Below, in pieces: positions 48,561 through 59,065 of a DNA stretch of 64,000 bases (position 1 is the first letter of the stretch; every line of letters begins with the position of its first letter). The position numbers and the translations under genes were made by a program. Source of the stretch: Cenarchaeum sp. (GTDB taxonomy: Archaea > Thermoproteota > Nitrososphaeria > Nitrososphaerales > Nitrosopumilaceae); the NCBI GenBank assembly GCA_965206845.1, contig OZ242221.1:608001-672000 (forward strand), in the 5' to 3' direction. The notes below the pieces were generated by a model. It was not told the DNA's origin. It saw only the letters and a list, made by a program, of their open reading frames with translations, and searched no databases.

Positions 48561-50348
48561 TTGGAGTTGAGAATTCGCCAACCGATTGTGGCAGTACTCG
48601 GCCACGTAGACTCGGGCAAGACATCACTGCTAGATAACATACGGGGAACCGGCGTCCAGGGGAGGGAGGCCGGAGGTATCACGCAGCATATAGGAGCCAG
48701 CTTTCTTCCCGACGACGTAATAAAGAAGAGGTGCGGCAACCTCTACGACAAGATGGGGCGAGCCGGAAGCAGGATCCCCGGAGTGCTGGTAATCGATACC
48801 CCGGGACACGAGGTCTTTAGAAACCTTCGCGTTCGTGGGGGTTCTGCTGCAGATATTGCAATCCTGGTGGTTGATGTCAACCGCGGCTTTCAGCAGCAGA
48901 CAAACGAGAGCTTTAACATACTGAAGGACAGAAAGGTGCCGTTTGTCGTGGCCCTGAACAAGGTGGACCAGATATCTGGCTGGCGCAAGACAGGCACCAT
49001 GTCTGTGATCCGGTCCATAGCAGAGCAGGATGCCTCGATCCGGGCAGATCTGGATCAGAAGATATACGACGTGATTGGAACGCTGTCGGTCCTTGGGTAC
49101 CAGTCAGAGGCATTCTACCGGGTAAAGGACTTTACAAAGGAGATAGCCATAGTGCCCATCAGCGCCAGAACCGGCATGGGGGTGTCGGAGATCCTGGCGA
49201 TGCTGGTGGGGCTCACCCAGCAGTACCTGCTCAAAAAGCTGGCGCAAGAGGAGAAGCCCACCAGGGGACTTGTCCTTGAAGTAAACGACGAGGCAGGAAT
49301 GGGTCCTACCGCCAACATAATTCTGATCGACGGTTCGATGGGAAAGAGCGACACAATACTTGTGGCAAAGCGGGACGACATAATCGTTACGAGGCCCAAG
49401 GCAATAATGCTGCCAAAGCCGCTGGACGAGATGCGCGATCCCCGTGACAAGTTCAAGAGCGTGAGCTCGGTTCAGGCTGCCGCCGGAATCAAGATTGCCT
49501 CGCCGGATCTGGATGGCGTGCTTCCCGGCTCCACCGTATACGTGGCAAAGAGCGCGTCTGAGATCGAGCCGCTAAGGAGAGCCATCGAGTCGGAGATGAG
49601 ATCTGTGTTTGTGGAGACCGAGTCTGACGGCATCATAGTAAAGTGCGACACCATCGGATCCCTGGAGGCGATAACTGAGATGCTGCGGCGCCAGCAGATA
49701 CCGATTGCCAGGGCAGACATAGGCCCGGTAAACAAGCGCGATGTAATCGAGGCCAAGGCCGTCAAAAAGAATGACAGGCATCTGGGAGTCGTGCTGGCAT
49801 TCAACGTCAAGGTGCTTCCGGATGCGCAGACAGAGTCGGAGATGTACCACGTCCAAATATTTGGCAACAGGGTAATCTACCGCCTACTGGACAGCTATAC
49901 CGACTGGGTGGAGAAGGACACCATGCACGAGGAGGATGCCACGTTTGGCGAGCTGACACCGATTGCAAAGTTCACGTTCCTGAGAGGGCTTGTGTTTCGC
50001 AACAAGGATCCCGCGGTATTTGGAATCAGGGTAGATGTTGGAACGTTGCGGCAGAAGGTGCACTTTATGAGTGAGCGCGGAAAAAGGATTGGCCAGATAC
50101 ACCAGCTGCAGGAAGACAAGAAGACTGTGGGATCGGCTCAGGAGGGCAGTGAAGTTGCCTGCTCCACCCACGGTGCGGTAGTCGGACGGAACATCAGGGA
50201 GGAGGACGTGTTTTACACACTGCCGTACTCACACGAGGCAAAGCAGCTACTCAAGAGGTTTACCCACAGGCTGTCTCCGGAGGAGCTTGGGATACTAGAC
50301 CACGTTGTGAAGGTACAGAGGGAGATAGATCCTGCATACGGGTACTAG
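48561..50348 (+). CDS. infB: Translation initiation factor aIF5B (IF-2)
   Basis: GHVDSGKT, AGGITQHIGA, DTPGH, NKVD, GSLEA; no intein. Confidence 0.95.
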   Translation: MELRIRQPIVAVLGHVDSGKTSLLDNIRGTGVQGREAGGITQHIGASFLPDDVIKKRCGNLYDKMGRAGSRIPGVLVIDTPGHEVFRNLRVRGGSAADIAILVVDVNRGFQQQTNESFNILKDRKVPFVVALNKVDQISGWRKTGTMSVIRSIAEQDASIRADLDQKIYDVIGTLSVLGYQSEAFYRVKDFTKEIAIVPISARTGMGVSEILAMLVGLTQQYLLKKLAQEEKPTRGLVLEVNDEAGMGPTANIILIDGSMGKSDTILVAKRDDIIVTRPKAIMLPKPLDEMRDPRDKFKSVSSVQAAAGIKIASPDLDGVLPGSTVYVAKSASEIEPLRRAIESEMRSVFVETESDGIIVKCDTIGSLEAITEMLRRQQIPIARADIGPVNKRDVIEAKAVKKNDRHLGVVLAFNVKVLPDAQTESEMYHVQIFGNRVIYRLLDSYTDWVEKDTMHEEDATFGELTPIAKFTFLRGLVFRNKDPAVFGIRVDVGTLRQKVHFMSERGKRIGQIHQLQEDKKTVGSAQEGSEVACSTHGAVVGRNIREEDVFYTLPYSHEAKQLLKRFTHRLSPEELGILDHVVKVQREIDPAYGY

Positions 50349-50566
50349 GCCTTGAGCATCCAGGCCTTTGCAATAATCAGCGGCGTGACAATCACGACAG
50401 GCCTGTCCGTAGCCATAGCAGTCATCTACTGGCCGCAGTGATCCCGCACGGTGCCACGCAGCAGCAGGGTTTTGATACGGAGCTAGGCCTGTAAACTCTG
50501 CTGCCATCAGGGCGTGGCCATGACCCGGTTTGAGATCTTCCTGGAGCGGGTTATTCCCTGATCTGT

Positions 50567-50977
50567 TCAGACCCGGCCAAGGAATTTTTTTGCCACCATG
50601 TGGATTCCAGGCTCGCCGACAGCACCCACCATCCGCTGGGCCTCACGGCCGTTTTGGAACATCAGGAACGTCGGAATCGACTGCACGGCAAACCGCTGTG
50701 CAACGATCTGGCTCTGATCCACGTTTACCCGGGCAAACTTTATCGTGCGATACGCCCGTGCCATTCTCTCAAAGACGGGGTGCATCGTCTTGCAGGGACC
50801 GCACCACTCTGCCCAGAAATCTACCAACACCAGCGGGTGGGAAGAGATGAACCCATCAAAGCCTGCCACGCCAAGATCCGTGACGGATGCCCGGGACATC
50901 TCTTGGGCCTCCCGTTGGCGGGCAAACATCTCGTGCAGTTTTTTCTGCTTTATGCGCTCAAGCTCCTTATCTTCCAT
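50567..50977 (-). CDS. Thioredoxin with charged N-terminal extension
   Basis: DFWAEWCGPC, SIPT, N-terminal EDKELERIKQKKL. Confidence 0.9.
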   Translation of the reverse strand: MEDKELERIKQKKLHEMFARQREAQEMSRASVTDLGVAGFDGFISSHPLVLVDFWAEWCGPCKTMHPVFERMARAYRTIKFARVNVDQSQIVAQRFAVQSIPTFLMFQNGREAQRMVGAVGEPGIHMVAKKFLGRV

Positions 50978-51036
50978 AACGTCCGGATGTATCGGAGGTA
51001 TTTAATTCCTGAAACCCGCTTCCCGAGAGCCCGCAG

Positions 51037-51453
51037 CTACAGATCGAGTAGGAATCTCATGGTGACTGTCCTGCCCTCTCTGATCTCCATCTGATGAAAT
51101 GTGGGTGCCTTGATCTCCACCCTGAAGCGGTGCCGTTTCAGGTCGATGGGCTCGCCGTATGCCACAGCGTCAATCCTGTATGCGCCGGACCGGAACAGCC
51201 TGACATCAAACCTTCGCACTGCAAAGCCCTCGGTTATCAGCAGGTAGATCACCTCCTCAAGCCAGTTGAGCAGGAGATAGTCCAGATCCTTGCCAGAGAC
51301 GGCAACCTGCCGCTGCTCCCTCTCCCGTACCGTCTCCCTGTCCAGCGTGATATCGGCCACGGACTCGGCCGCGCTGAGAAAGGCCGCCTCAAGCGCAGGT
51401 GCCGTCACCTCGACTATTGCGTCGGTTGCGTGATCCAAAAGCCTGTAGCCCAA
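51037..51453 (-). CDS. Archease
   Basis: LDHATD, LL.WLEE, GE, EIKAPTFH, LDL. Confidence 0.9.
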   Translation of the reverse strand: MGYRLLDHATDAIVEVTAPALEAAFLSAAESVADITLDRETVREREQRQVAVSGKDLDYLLLNWLEEVIYLLITEGFAVRRFDVRLFRSGAYRIDAVAYGEPIDLKRHRFRVEIKAPTFHQMEIREGRTVTMRFLLDL

Positions 51454-51527
51454 CTAGCTTCGGGGCCACAGCCCGGTATTTAGATAGAGCGGCCGGCGTT
51501 CTGTTCGCAGGCCGGCCTGCCCCGCAG

Positions 51528-51764
51528 CTACGATCCCAGGCAGCGGCTCAGGTCGCTGTGAAACTGCGCCCGCTGAAAGTCGTTCAGTTCCTCGTCCCTG
51601 AATGCCATTGCGTACTCTCTCATCATATCGCATGTCCAGTCATCCCAGATGCGCGGATTCACCACATTCTCGTCTGCCCAGTCGATGAGGAAGATGACAG
51701 GAAAGAGGGTGCCAAACACAACCACTAGGAACAGCACCAGCACCCTGTGTCCGATCTCGACCAT
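51528..51764 (-). CDS. Small hypothetical membrane protein
   Basis: N-terminal TM, then W..WTC..M...C. Confidence 0.6.
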   Translation of the reverse strand: MVEIGHRVLVLFLVVVFGTLFPVIFLIDWADENVVNPRIWDDWTCDMMREYAMAFRDEELNDFQRAQFHSDLSRCLGS

Positions 51765-51789
51765 AACAACAAAAACTGGTTTTGGGAGT

Positions 51790-52218
51790 TTAATCTATTT
51801 TGGTATCGCTGCTCTTTTGGGGCCACATGGCATCCCAAGTCTCGGCAAACTTTTTCATCATGTCGCCGTAGGCCTGCATCTGCTTCATTCCGCCGTCCCC
51901 CATGGACTGTTGCCACTGCTCGCCAAACTTTTTGAACGAGTCAGCAGTAGCCTCCGAGACTGTCTTCTGCCAGTTGTCAGAGAACTGTCGCATAAAGTCG
52001 TTCTGCGTCATGCCCATGGATCTTTGCCAGTTCTCGCCAAAGGACTTCATGGTGTCCAGGGAGGACTCGCCGCTGGCCTTCTCCCAGATCCGGTTAAAGT
52101 TCTCCTGCATGGTCGCAGCGGCCTTTTGCATCGAGTCAAACATCCCATTCCAGTTGTCAAGCGACTTGATGTACTCGCCCCATAGCCTCTGCCAGTTCTC
52201 TTTATCGGAGCTAGACAT
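51790..52218 (-). CDS. Hypothetical Trp/Met/Gln-rich helical repeat protein
   Basis: Repeats F..NWQ/F..QWQ with 19-aa spacing; AGGTGAGG SD-like sequence upstream. Confidence 0.8.
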   Translation of the reverse strand: MSSSDKENWQRLWGEYIKSLDNWNGMFDSMQKAAATMQENFNRIWEKASGESSLDTMKSFGENWQRSMGMTQNDFMRQFSDNWQKTVSEATADSFKKFGEQWQQSMGDGGMKQMQAYGDMMKKFAETWDAMWPQKSSDTKID

Positions 52219-52378
52219 ATCCTACCTCACCCCACACCTAAGATAAACCCACCTGATCTGCGCGTGTAGATCTTCGGGTTCCGGAGCGGGATCCGGCAGC
52301 CGGATCCCCGCATGCCCGACACCCGCTCCTGCAGAGGAACCCCTGCATCGGAAAGACTAAATCAAAACTCCGCGTGGT

Positions 52379-53671
52379 ATGTTTGATTTGGAGCTTCCAC
52401 GGGGAATGAAGGACTTTGGCGCAGGAGAGCTGGCAGGGGTCGAGCTGGTCCGCTCCCGCTTCCTTGAGCTGGCCAGGGTGTTTGACCTTGAGATGATGGA
52501 GCCGTCCCCCATCGAGTCCGTTGCCACGCTGGAGGCAAAGAGCGGCCCTGCCATACGCGACGAGATCTACTTCTTCAAGGACAAAGGGGGCCGCGATGTG
52601 GCACTGCGCTTTGACTTTACCGTCGGACTGACCCGCCACGTGGCATCGCAAAAGTCTCTTAGGATGCCTGCAAAATTCGCGTCCTTTGGCGGCGTCTTCA
52701 GGTATGACGAGCCGCAGAAGGGGAGGTACCGCTACTTTCACCAGTGGAACATCGAGACATACGGCAGGCCCGGCATCGAGTCAGAGGCCGAGATGATCGA
52801 GTTTACAGCCAGGCTCTTTGAGGCGCTGGGACTCAAAAACATAACAATCGACATCAGCCACCGCAGGCTGGTCGAGTCCCACATATTCCAGGTCTTTGGA
52901 TCCACAGAGCCTGTGCTGGTAGCAGACATCCTGCGTGCAGTGGACAAGATCGCGAAAAAGTCGCGCCGGGAGATCCTGCAGGAGTTCTCGGACAAGGGGT
53001 ATGACGCGGAGAAGCTGGAGAAGATAATCAGGTTCTCGTCCGTCGCCGGATCCCCATCAGAGGTGGAGAGGCAGGTCGATGTCTCAAAGCTGGACGCGTG
53101 GGGGCATCTTGTCGAGCTGTTCGAGTCGCTGAAGAACCGAAAAGTCAGAAATGCCAGAATCAACCTTGCGGTAGTCCGCGGTCTTGACTACTACTCTGGA
53201 ACGGTGCTGGAGGTGTTTGATACGGGTTCCGGCATGGGTGCCCTTGCAGGCGGTGGCAGGTACGACAGCCTAGCACGGGCCTTTGGGCGCGAGGATTTTG
53301 GCGCCACAGGTGTTGCCGGCGGGGTCGAGAGGACCATTCTTGCAATGGAGGAGCAGGGCATGGCCGTCGCTCCAGGGCATCCGGAGGTATCCGTGCTGTA
53401 CATCGAGCCTGCCGGGAGGCAAGCCGTAGGAATCGCATCGACGCTAAGACAAAAGGGGATTGCAGTCAGGATTGACCTGGCCGGGAGGCCGCTGAAGAAG
53501 CAGATGTCTGCTGCCTCAGACTCGAGATTTGCAGTCATTGTGGGCCCAGAAGAGACCCGGGAGGGAAGAGTGGTGCTCAGGGACATGCAGAGCAGAGTCG
53601 AATCCAGGATTCCAATAGAAGACCTGCTGCGCGATCCCGGACTGGCGCTCAGACCCCAAAGGCCCGGGTGA
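52379..53671 (+). CDS. hisS: Histidine-tRNA ligase
   Basis: PRGMKD, LRFD.T, FRYDEPQ.GRYR.F.Q, RGLDYY, GGGRYD, G.ER. Confidence 0.95.
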   Translation: MFDLELPRGMKDFGAGELAGVELVRSRFLELARVFDLEMMEPSPIESVATLEAKSGPAIRDEIYFFKDKGGRDVALRFDFTVGLTRHVASQKSLRMPAKFASFGGVFRYDEPQKGRYRYFHQWNIETYGRPGIESEAEMIEFTARLFEALGLKNITIDISHRRLVESHIFQVFGSTEPVLVADILRAVDKIAKKSRREILQEFSDKGYDAEKLEKIIRFSSVAGSPSEVERQVDVSKLDAWGHLVELFESLKNRKVRNARINLAVVRGLDYYSGTVLEVFDTGSGMGALAGGGRYDSLARAFGREDFGATGVAGGVERTILAMEEQGMAVAPGHPEVSVLYIEPAGRQAVGIASTLRQKGIAVRIDLAGRPLKKQMSAASDSRFAVIVGPEETREGRVVLRDMQSRVESRIPIEDLLRDPGLALRPQRPG

Positions 53672-54314
53672 GCATCATTATCTCCGGACCGCTTGTAAAC
53701 GAGCCGGTGACTGCCGCCTTGTTGTTCAGCAGTATTCCTGATGACACGAATGGAACCCCGCCGTTGATGGTGGCCTGCTCCATGGAGACTCCCAGTACGC
53801 TGGAGAATCTGCTGATGTCGTCCTCGTCTGTCTCCGGATGAACTATTCCCCCATGCATGTTGGCAACGGCCATGGATCCCGCCTGATGGTAGCCGGCAAC
53901 CTTGCCCCGGATTACCTCCACGTCCAGCACGTCCCCGATGACCCGGACGCATTCCTGTGGGAACCCCGGGGAGATTATGGCCCCGCGATCATTTGCACAG
54001 ATCAGGTTTCCCAGCGCCGTGTACTTTGAGTCCAGAAACCCCACATTGAGCCCCGTGGCTTTCTTCATGTGTTCGTACTCGTCCTCTGAGGCAGTCACCG
54101 GCAGCAGCAGGCCGTGGTTGTTAAAGACCATCAGTGTGCCAAGCAGCCTGGTGTTTGCCACAGAGGCATACACTACGCTGACGCCCAGATGCTCGCCGAG
54201 CTTCTCTCCCCTGGCCCTGGTGTACCCCATGGGCAGAAACACCACATCGTCGTTTGTGGCAGCATAGACTCCTATGTTGGGCCCTCGGTACACGTCATAC
54301 TTGTGAATATCCAC
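53649..54314 (-). CDS. eif6: Translation initiation factor aIF6
   Basis: PNIGVY, LLG.L...N.HG.LLP, ALGNLI.AND.GA, GGIVHP, TINGG.PFV.SG, T.G.E; GTG start inferred. Confidence 0.92.
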   Translation of the reverse strand: MDIHKYDVYRGPNIGVYAATNDDVVFLPMGYTRARGEKLGEHLGVSVVYASVANTRLLGTLMVFNNHGLLLPVTASEDEYEHMKKATGLNVGFLDSKYTALGNLICANDRGAIISPGFPQECVRVIGDVLDVEVIRGKVAGYHQAGSMAVANMHGGIVHPETDEDDISRFSSVLGVSMEQATINGGVPFVSSGILLNNKAAVTGSFTSGPEIMMLTRAFGV

Positions 54315-54520
54315 AGGAACCCCCGGGTATGAAAAGATATGAACCTTGGGCACGCGGCCGCCTGTCCCACCGAGCCAGGCATCGGAATCCACCCCGGCAT
54401 GTGCCCAGACCGTGGCAGAACCGGCCCTGCAGGGCAGAATACGGCCGCCCCGCGGGCCTGGGCAAGGTTTAGTTCAAACTAAGTTTGTTTAGATTTAAAT
54501 AGCATCTGGAAAAATTATAA

Positions 54521-55060
<540 letters not shown>

Positions 55061-55145
55061 AACACCTCCCTTTCTTCCCTTTTTCTAAAATCCGACCTAC
55101 CGTCGGTACTCAACAAATTTTAACCGCCGTGCAGCACCGGTTACC

Positions 55146-55229
55146 GCAGGGGTCGCCTAGCCTGGTAGGGCGCGGGCCTTGAGAGCCTGTGTGGGTAACC
55201 ATACGGGGGTTCGAATCCCTCTCCCTGCG
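55146..55229 (+). tRNA. tRNA-Ser (anticodon TGA)
   Basis: GCAGGGG..GCCTAGCCTGGTAGGGC..CGGGC-CT-TGA-GA-GCCTG..long variable arm..GGGGGTTCGAATCCCTC-TCCCTGC-G. Confidence 0.95.
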
Positions 55230-55303
55230 CTATTCTCAACCGTCCCGGCGCGCCAGCAGGCCCTGCCTGTAGCGCAGACGGCCGTATCTTACCCGGCATC
55301 GGG

Positions 55304-56257
55304 TTATCTTGGCACCCGGGCAAGCTCTGCTAGGAGCGCAGAGAGCTGAATCTCCGGGTTGGATCCCGCCAGTATCCGGTAGTCGTACTTTGCGATAATC
55401 TCGAGTATGTCACCTGCGTGATCCGTTCTGCCCCCAAAGACCGCAGCGCAAAGATACTTGAGGAAGTCAGACTCGGACATCCCGTACACCTTGACGAGGT
55501 CTATCATCTTCTCCCGCGCCTGGGGGAATTTGCCGCCAAGCGCAAGCTTTAGCACCACCTTGACGTCCTCTGACTTTGTCAGACCCGCCGCCGCTTTTAC
55601 GCGATCCTCGGTGATTCCGCCCATGCTGGCGACGGTCTGCAGAAGGTTGATCGCATGCCTCAAGTCGCCCCCGGCGTAGTCATACACCGCCTGCAGCCCG
55701 TCCTCGTCTGACTCCGTACCCTCCTTTTCGGCAATCACCTTTAACCTAGATACCACATCCTGCCGCGAGACCGCGGTAAACTTGAAGACCGCGCACCTGC
55801 TCTGGATCGGTTCGATAATCTTGGAGATGTTGTTTGCAGTGATGATGAACCGGCAGTGTCTAGCCGTGTCCTCGATGATCCGCCTCAGGGCGGTCTGGGC
55901 ATCTGACGTCATCTCGTCGGCCTCGTCCAGTATTATGATCTTGAACGGAATATCACCAAAGCTGGCCCAACGGGAGAACTTTTTTACCTTCTCCCGAACC
56001 ATGTTGATTCCGCGCTCATCAGACGCGTTGAGCTCAAGCATGTACTCGCGCCAGTTGTCTCCAAGTATCTGCCTTGCAACGCACAGAGCCGTGGTGGTCT
56101 TGCCGATTCCTGCAGAACCCGAGAAGAGCATGTGCGGCATCTCCGACTCCTTTTTGAGCAGTGCCTCGATACTGCCAATTATCTCCCTCTGGTTCACAAC
56201 ATCTGAGAGCCTCTGGGGCCGGTACCTCTCCACCCACATGGAGTCTGCGGCAGCCAT
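55304..56257 (-). CDS. rfcS: Replication factor C small subunit
   Basis: WVERYRP, G..GIGKT, ELNASDERG, LDEAD, ALRR, IQSRC, GDLR. Confidence 0.95.
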   Translation of the reverse strand: MAAADSMWVERYRPQRLSDVVNQREIIGSIEALLKKESEMPHMLFSGSAGIGKTTTALCVARQILGDNWREYMLELNASDERGINMVREKVKKFSRWASFGDIPFKIIILDEADEMTSDAQTALRRIIEDTARHCRFIITANNISKIIEPIQSRCAVFKFTAVSRQDVVSRLKVIAEKEGTESDEDGLQAVYDYAGGDLRHAINLLQTVASMGGITEDRVKAAAGLTKSEDVKVVLKLALGGKFPQAREKMIDLVKVYGMSESDFLKYLCAAVFGGRTDHAGDILEIIAKYDYRILAGSNPEIQLSALLAELARVPR

Positions 56258-56465
56258 GCCGTACTTGGGACGCCATCCCTAAATAAATCCGTGGATGCCT
56301 GCAAAGGTGCGCGATCAGCCACCTCGCTTGGGCACAAATTCGGGATAGATCTCAGCATCCGGCAAGTGCGGTAGGCGGCTCCATTGAATCAATTATTATT
56401 CAACTATTTAGTGAAAAAATGTGATGCACCGCTGTAAAATCAATATTTGAGACTCATGTCCGGAT

Positions 56466-56981
56466 TTGAAGACAAAAGATGTCAGGGATCTGCACGGTAC
56501 CGCATTCTCCCTGGAAGATGTAAAGGTGACACTGCACAGGGATATCGGCCTCAACGTATCCGGAATTAGCGTGGAAGGCAAGGAGGGCGAGGTACTCAAC
56601 ATCCCCCGCTGGGTTGCCCGGGTGCTCGAAGATCGGGGGCATGCCACCATCGAGGAGGCAGACATGGTAGTGGAGCTGAAGCAGGCGTTGGTAAAAGAGA
56701 ATGTGCAGGGTGACTTCGAGATGTCCACGCTCGAGCCATACTTTTACATCAGGCTGAGATCATACATAAAAAGACTGGATGGGCGGGATGCCGACCGGGT
56801 CGAGAGCATGCTTGGCACGCTTGTCAGAAAGAGGCAGGGCAAGATAGTCCGCCTAGCCGACTCGTCTGCCCTTACCGCAGAACATGCCAAAAAGCTTACC
56901 GTGGAGGAGAGGTTATTCTACAATAACCTCCACGATATTAGCGCCGGTTTCAGAGATAGCATACTTGGTGAAAAAGCATGA
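56466..56981 (+). CDS. GINS complex subunit (Gins23-like)
   Basis: N-terminal B-domain (EG....IPRWVA..L), FY, RKR..KIVRLA, LT.EE..FY; overlaps mcm. Confidence 0.8.
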   Translation: MKTKDVRDLHGTAFSLEDVKVTLHRDIGLNVSGISVEGKEGEVLNIPRWVARVLEDRGHATIEEADMVVELKQALVKENVQGDFEMSTLEPYFYIRLRSYIKRLDGRDADRVESMLGTLVRKRQGKIVRLADSSALTAEHAKKLTVEERLFYNNLHDISAGFRDSILGEKA

Positions 56982-59065
56982 GCGTTATGAAGACACAGAG
57001 CACGGAATCTGCGCTGGCAGACATCGTAAAAACATTTCTGGTCGAGTTCAGGGACAAAAGCGGTGGCTTCAGGTACGTAGAGAAGATCGACCAGATGATG
57101 TCGCGCCGCGCAAAATACATGGTGGTAAATTACAACGACCTGGTTCTCTCATTGGAGATCGAGGCCAGGTTCAGTGATAGCGCAGATCACATTCTCAAGG
57201 CGTTCTCAAAGGCCATCTATCTGATCCTTCGGGAACGGTTCCCAGAGTACGCAGACAAGATCAAGGACGAGATCCGGGCCAGGATAATCAACTTCCCCGT
57301 ACAGCGCAGCCTGAGACAGATCAACGCCGAGATCATAAGCAAGATGACCAGCGTCTCTGGAATGGTGGTACGCACCTCGGAGGTAAAGCCCCTGGCCAGG
57401 GAGCTGAGCTACGTGTGCCCCGAAGGCCACAAGACCCAAGTAATCCTGCTAAAGGGAATGAGCGTCAACGTGCCGACAAAGTGCTCGGATCCAAAGTGTA
57501 CGCATCGGGATCTGGAGGTGGAACCGGAGACCAGCAGGTTTATCGACTTTCAGATCATCAGGCTGCAGGAGCTGCCGGAGGATCTTCCGCCAGGACAGCT
57601 CCCCCACTACGTGGACGTGGCAATAAAGCAGGATCTGGTGGACAACGCGCGCCCCGGAGACCGCATCATACTGACAGGCATTGTCAGAATAGAGCAGGAG
57701 CCGGTCTCGGGAATCAATCGCGCCAACAGCGGACTGTACCGGCTGAGAATAGACGGAAACAACATCGAGTTTTTGGGAGGCCGGGGGGCCAACATATCGC
57801 GCAAGTCAGAGAGGGAGGAGGTGTCCGTAGAGGAGGAGAAGATCATCCGCGCGCTGGCAAACAGCATGGACATCAACGAGAGGCTGATCGAGTCATTTGC
57901 ACCCCACATCCAGGGCCAGTCACTCATCAAAGAAGCGATCCTGCTTCTTATAATCGGCTCCACCCAGAGGCTGCTGGCAGACGGAAGCAAGATTCGCGGA
58001 GACATCAACATATTCCTGGTGGGCGATCCGGGAACCGCAAAGAGCGAGATGCTAAAGTTCTGCGCAAGGATAGCCCCCCGCGGCCTCTACACCTCGGGCA
58101 GGGGTTCTACTGCCGCAGGCCTGACTGCCGCAGTGGTTCGCGACAAGAGCGGGATCATGATGCTGGAGGCAGGAGCCGTTGTGCTGGGGGATCAGGGGCT
58201 TGTGTGCATAGACGAGTTTGACAAGATGAAGCCCGAGGACCGTAGTGCGCTGCACGAGGTGATGGAGCAACAGTCGGCCAGCATTGCCAAGGGAGGCATT
58301 GTGGCCACCCTGAACGCGCGGACATCAATCCTTGCAGCGGCAAACCCGATGTACGGCAAGTACGACCCCTTCAAGAACATCACAGAGAACGTAAACCTGC
58401 CCGTTCCACTGCTTACGCGGTTTGATCTCATATTTGTGATCCGCGACATCCCCGCAAAGGAGAAGGATGCGAGTATAGCAAGGCACATCATAGACCTGCA
58501 CACGCCCAGGGGTGTTGAGAAGCGCTCGCTGATCGATGTTGACATCCTCACAAAGTACCTGTCATACGCAAAGAGATTCAACCCAGTTCTGACCCAGGAG
58601 GCCGAGCAGAAGATTCTCGACTACTACCTCAAGATGAGAAATGTCGAGTCCGACGAGATGATGATCACGGTAACGCCGCGCCAGCTGGAGGGGCTCATCA
58701 GGCTCACCATGGCCCGGGCCAGGCTGCTGATGAGGGATCAGGCCGATGCCGATGATGCCGATCGCGCCATATACCTGTATGAGTGCATGCTGCGCGATGC
58801 CGGCATGGACGTCAACACCGGAAGGATCGACATGGGAGTCATACATGGAAAGCCCAGGAGCGAGATAGCCAAGATGCAGATCTTCATGGAAGTCCTAAAG
58901 GGCCTTGAGGGGGAACCGCCGTCCGCCGTGGAAGAGAAGCTGTTCATAGACGAGCTCGTAAAATCCGGCAAGTTCGACGAGGAGGAGTCGCGCAGGTACA
59001 TCAAAAAGATGTCAGAGGAAGGAACTATTTATGAAGCAAAGGTAGGCCACTATAAACGCGTATGA
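56978..59065 (+). CDS. mcm: MCM replicative helicase
   Basis: Zn finger, QELPE..PPGQLP, GDPGTAKS, AAGLTAAV, IDEFDK, AAANP, RFDL; no intein. Confidence 0.96.
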   Translation: MSVMKTQSTESALADIVKTFLVEFRDKSGGFRYVEKIDQMMSRRAKYMVVNYNDLVLSLEIEARFSDSADHILKAFSKAIYLILRERFPEYADKIKDEIRARIINFPVQRSLRQINAEIISKMTSVSGMVVRTSEVKPLARELSYVCPEGHKTQVILLKGMSVNVPTKCSDPKCTHRDLEVEPETSRFIDFQIIRLQELPEDLPPGQLPHYVDVAIKQDLVDNARPGDRIILTGIVRIEQEPVSGINRANSGLYRLRIDGNNIEFLGGRGANISRKSEREEVSVEEEKIIRALANSMDINERLIESFAPHIQGQSLIKEAILLLIIGSTQRLLADGSKIRGDINIFLVGDPGTAKSEMLKFCARIAPRGLYTSGRGSTAAGLTAAVVRDKSGIMMLEAGAVVLGDQGLVCIDEFDKMKPEDRSALHEVMEQQSASIAKGGIVATLNARTSILAAANPMYGKYDPFKNITENVNLPVPLLTRFDLIFVIRDIPAKEKDASIARHIIDLHTPRGVEKRSLIDVDILTKYLSYAKRFNPVLTQEAEQKILDYYLKMRNVESDEMMITVTPRQLEGLIRLTMARARLLMRDQADADDADRAIYLYECMLRDAGMDVNTGRIDMGVIHGKPRSEIAKMQIFMEVLKGLEGEPPSAVEEKLFIDELVKSGKFDEEESRRYIKKMSEEGTIYEAKVGHYKRV

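Noticed and set aside
55230-55303. Integrated element at tRNA-Ser
   Set aside because: No duplicated tRNA 3' end or integrase; rfcS follows directly
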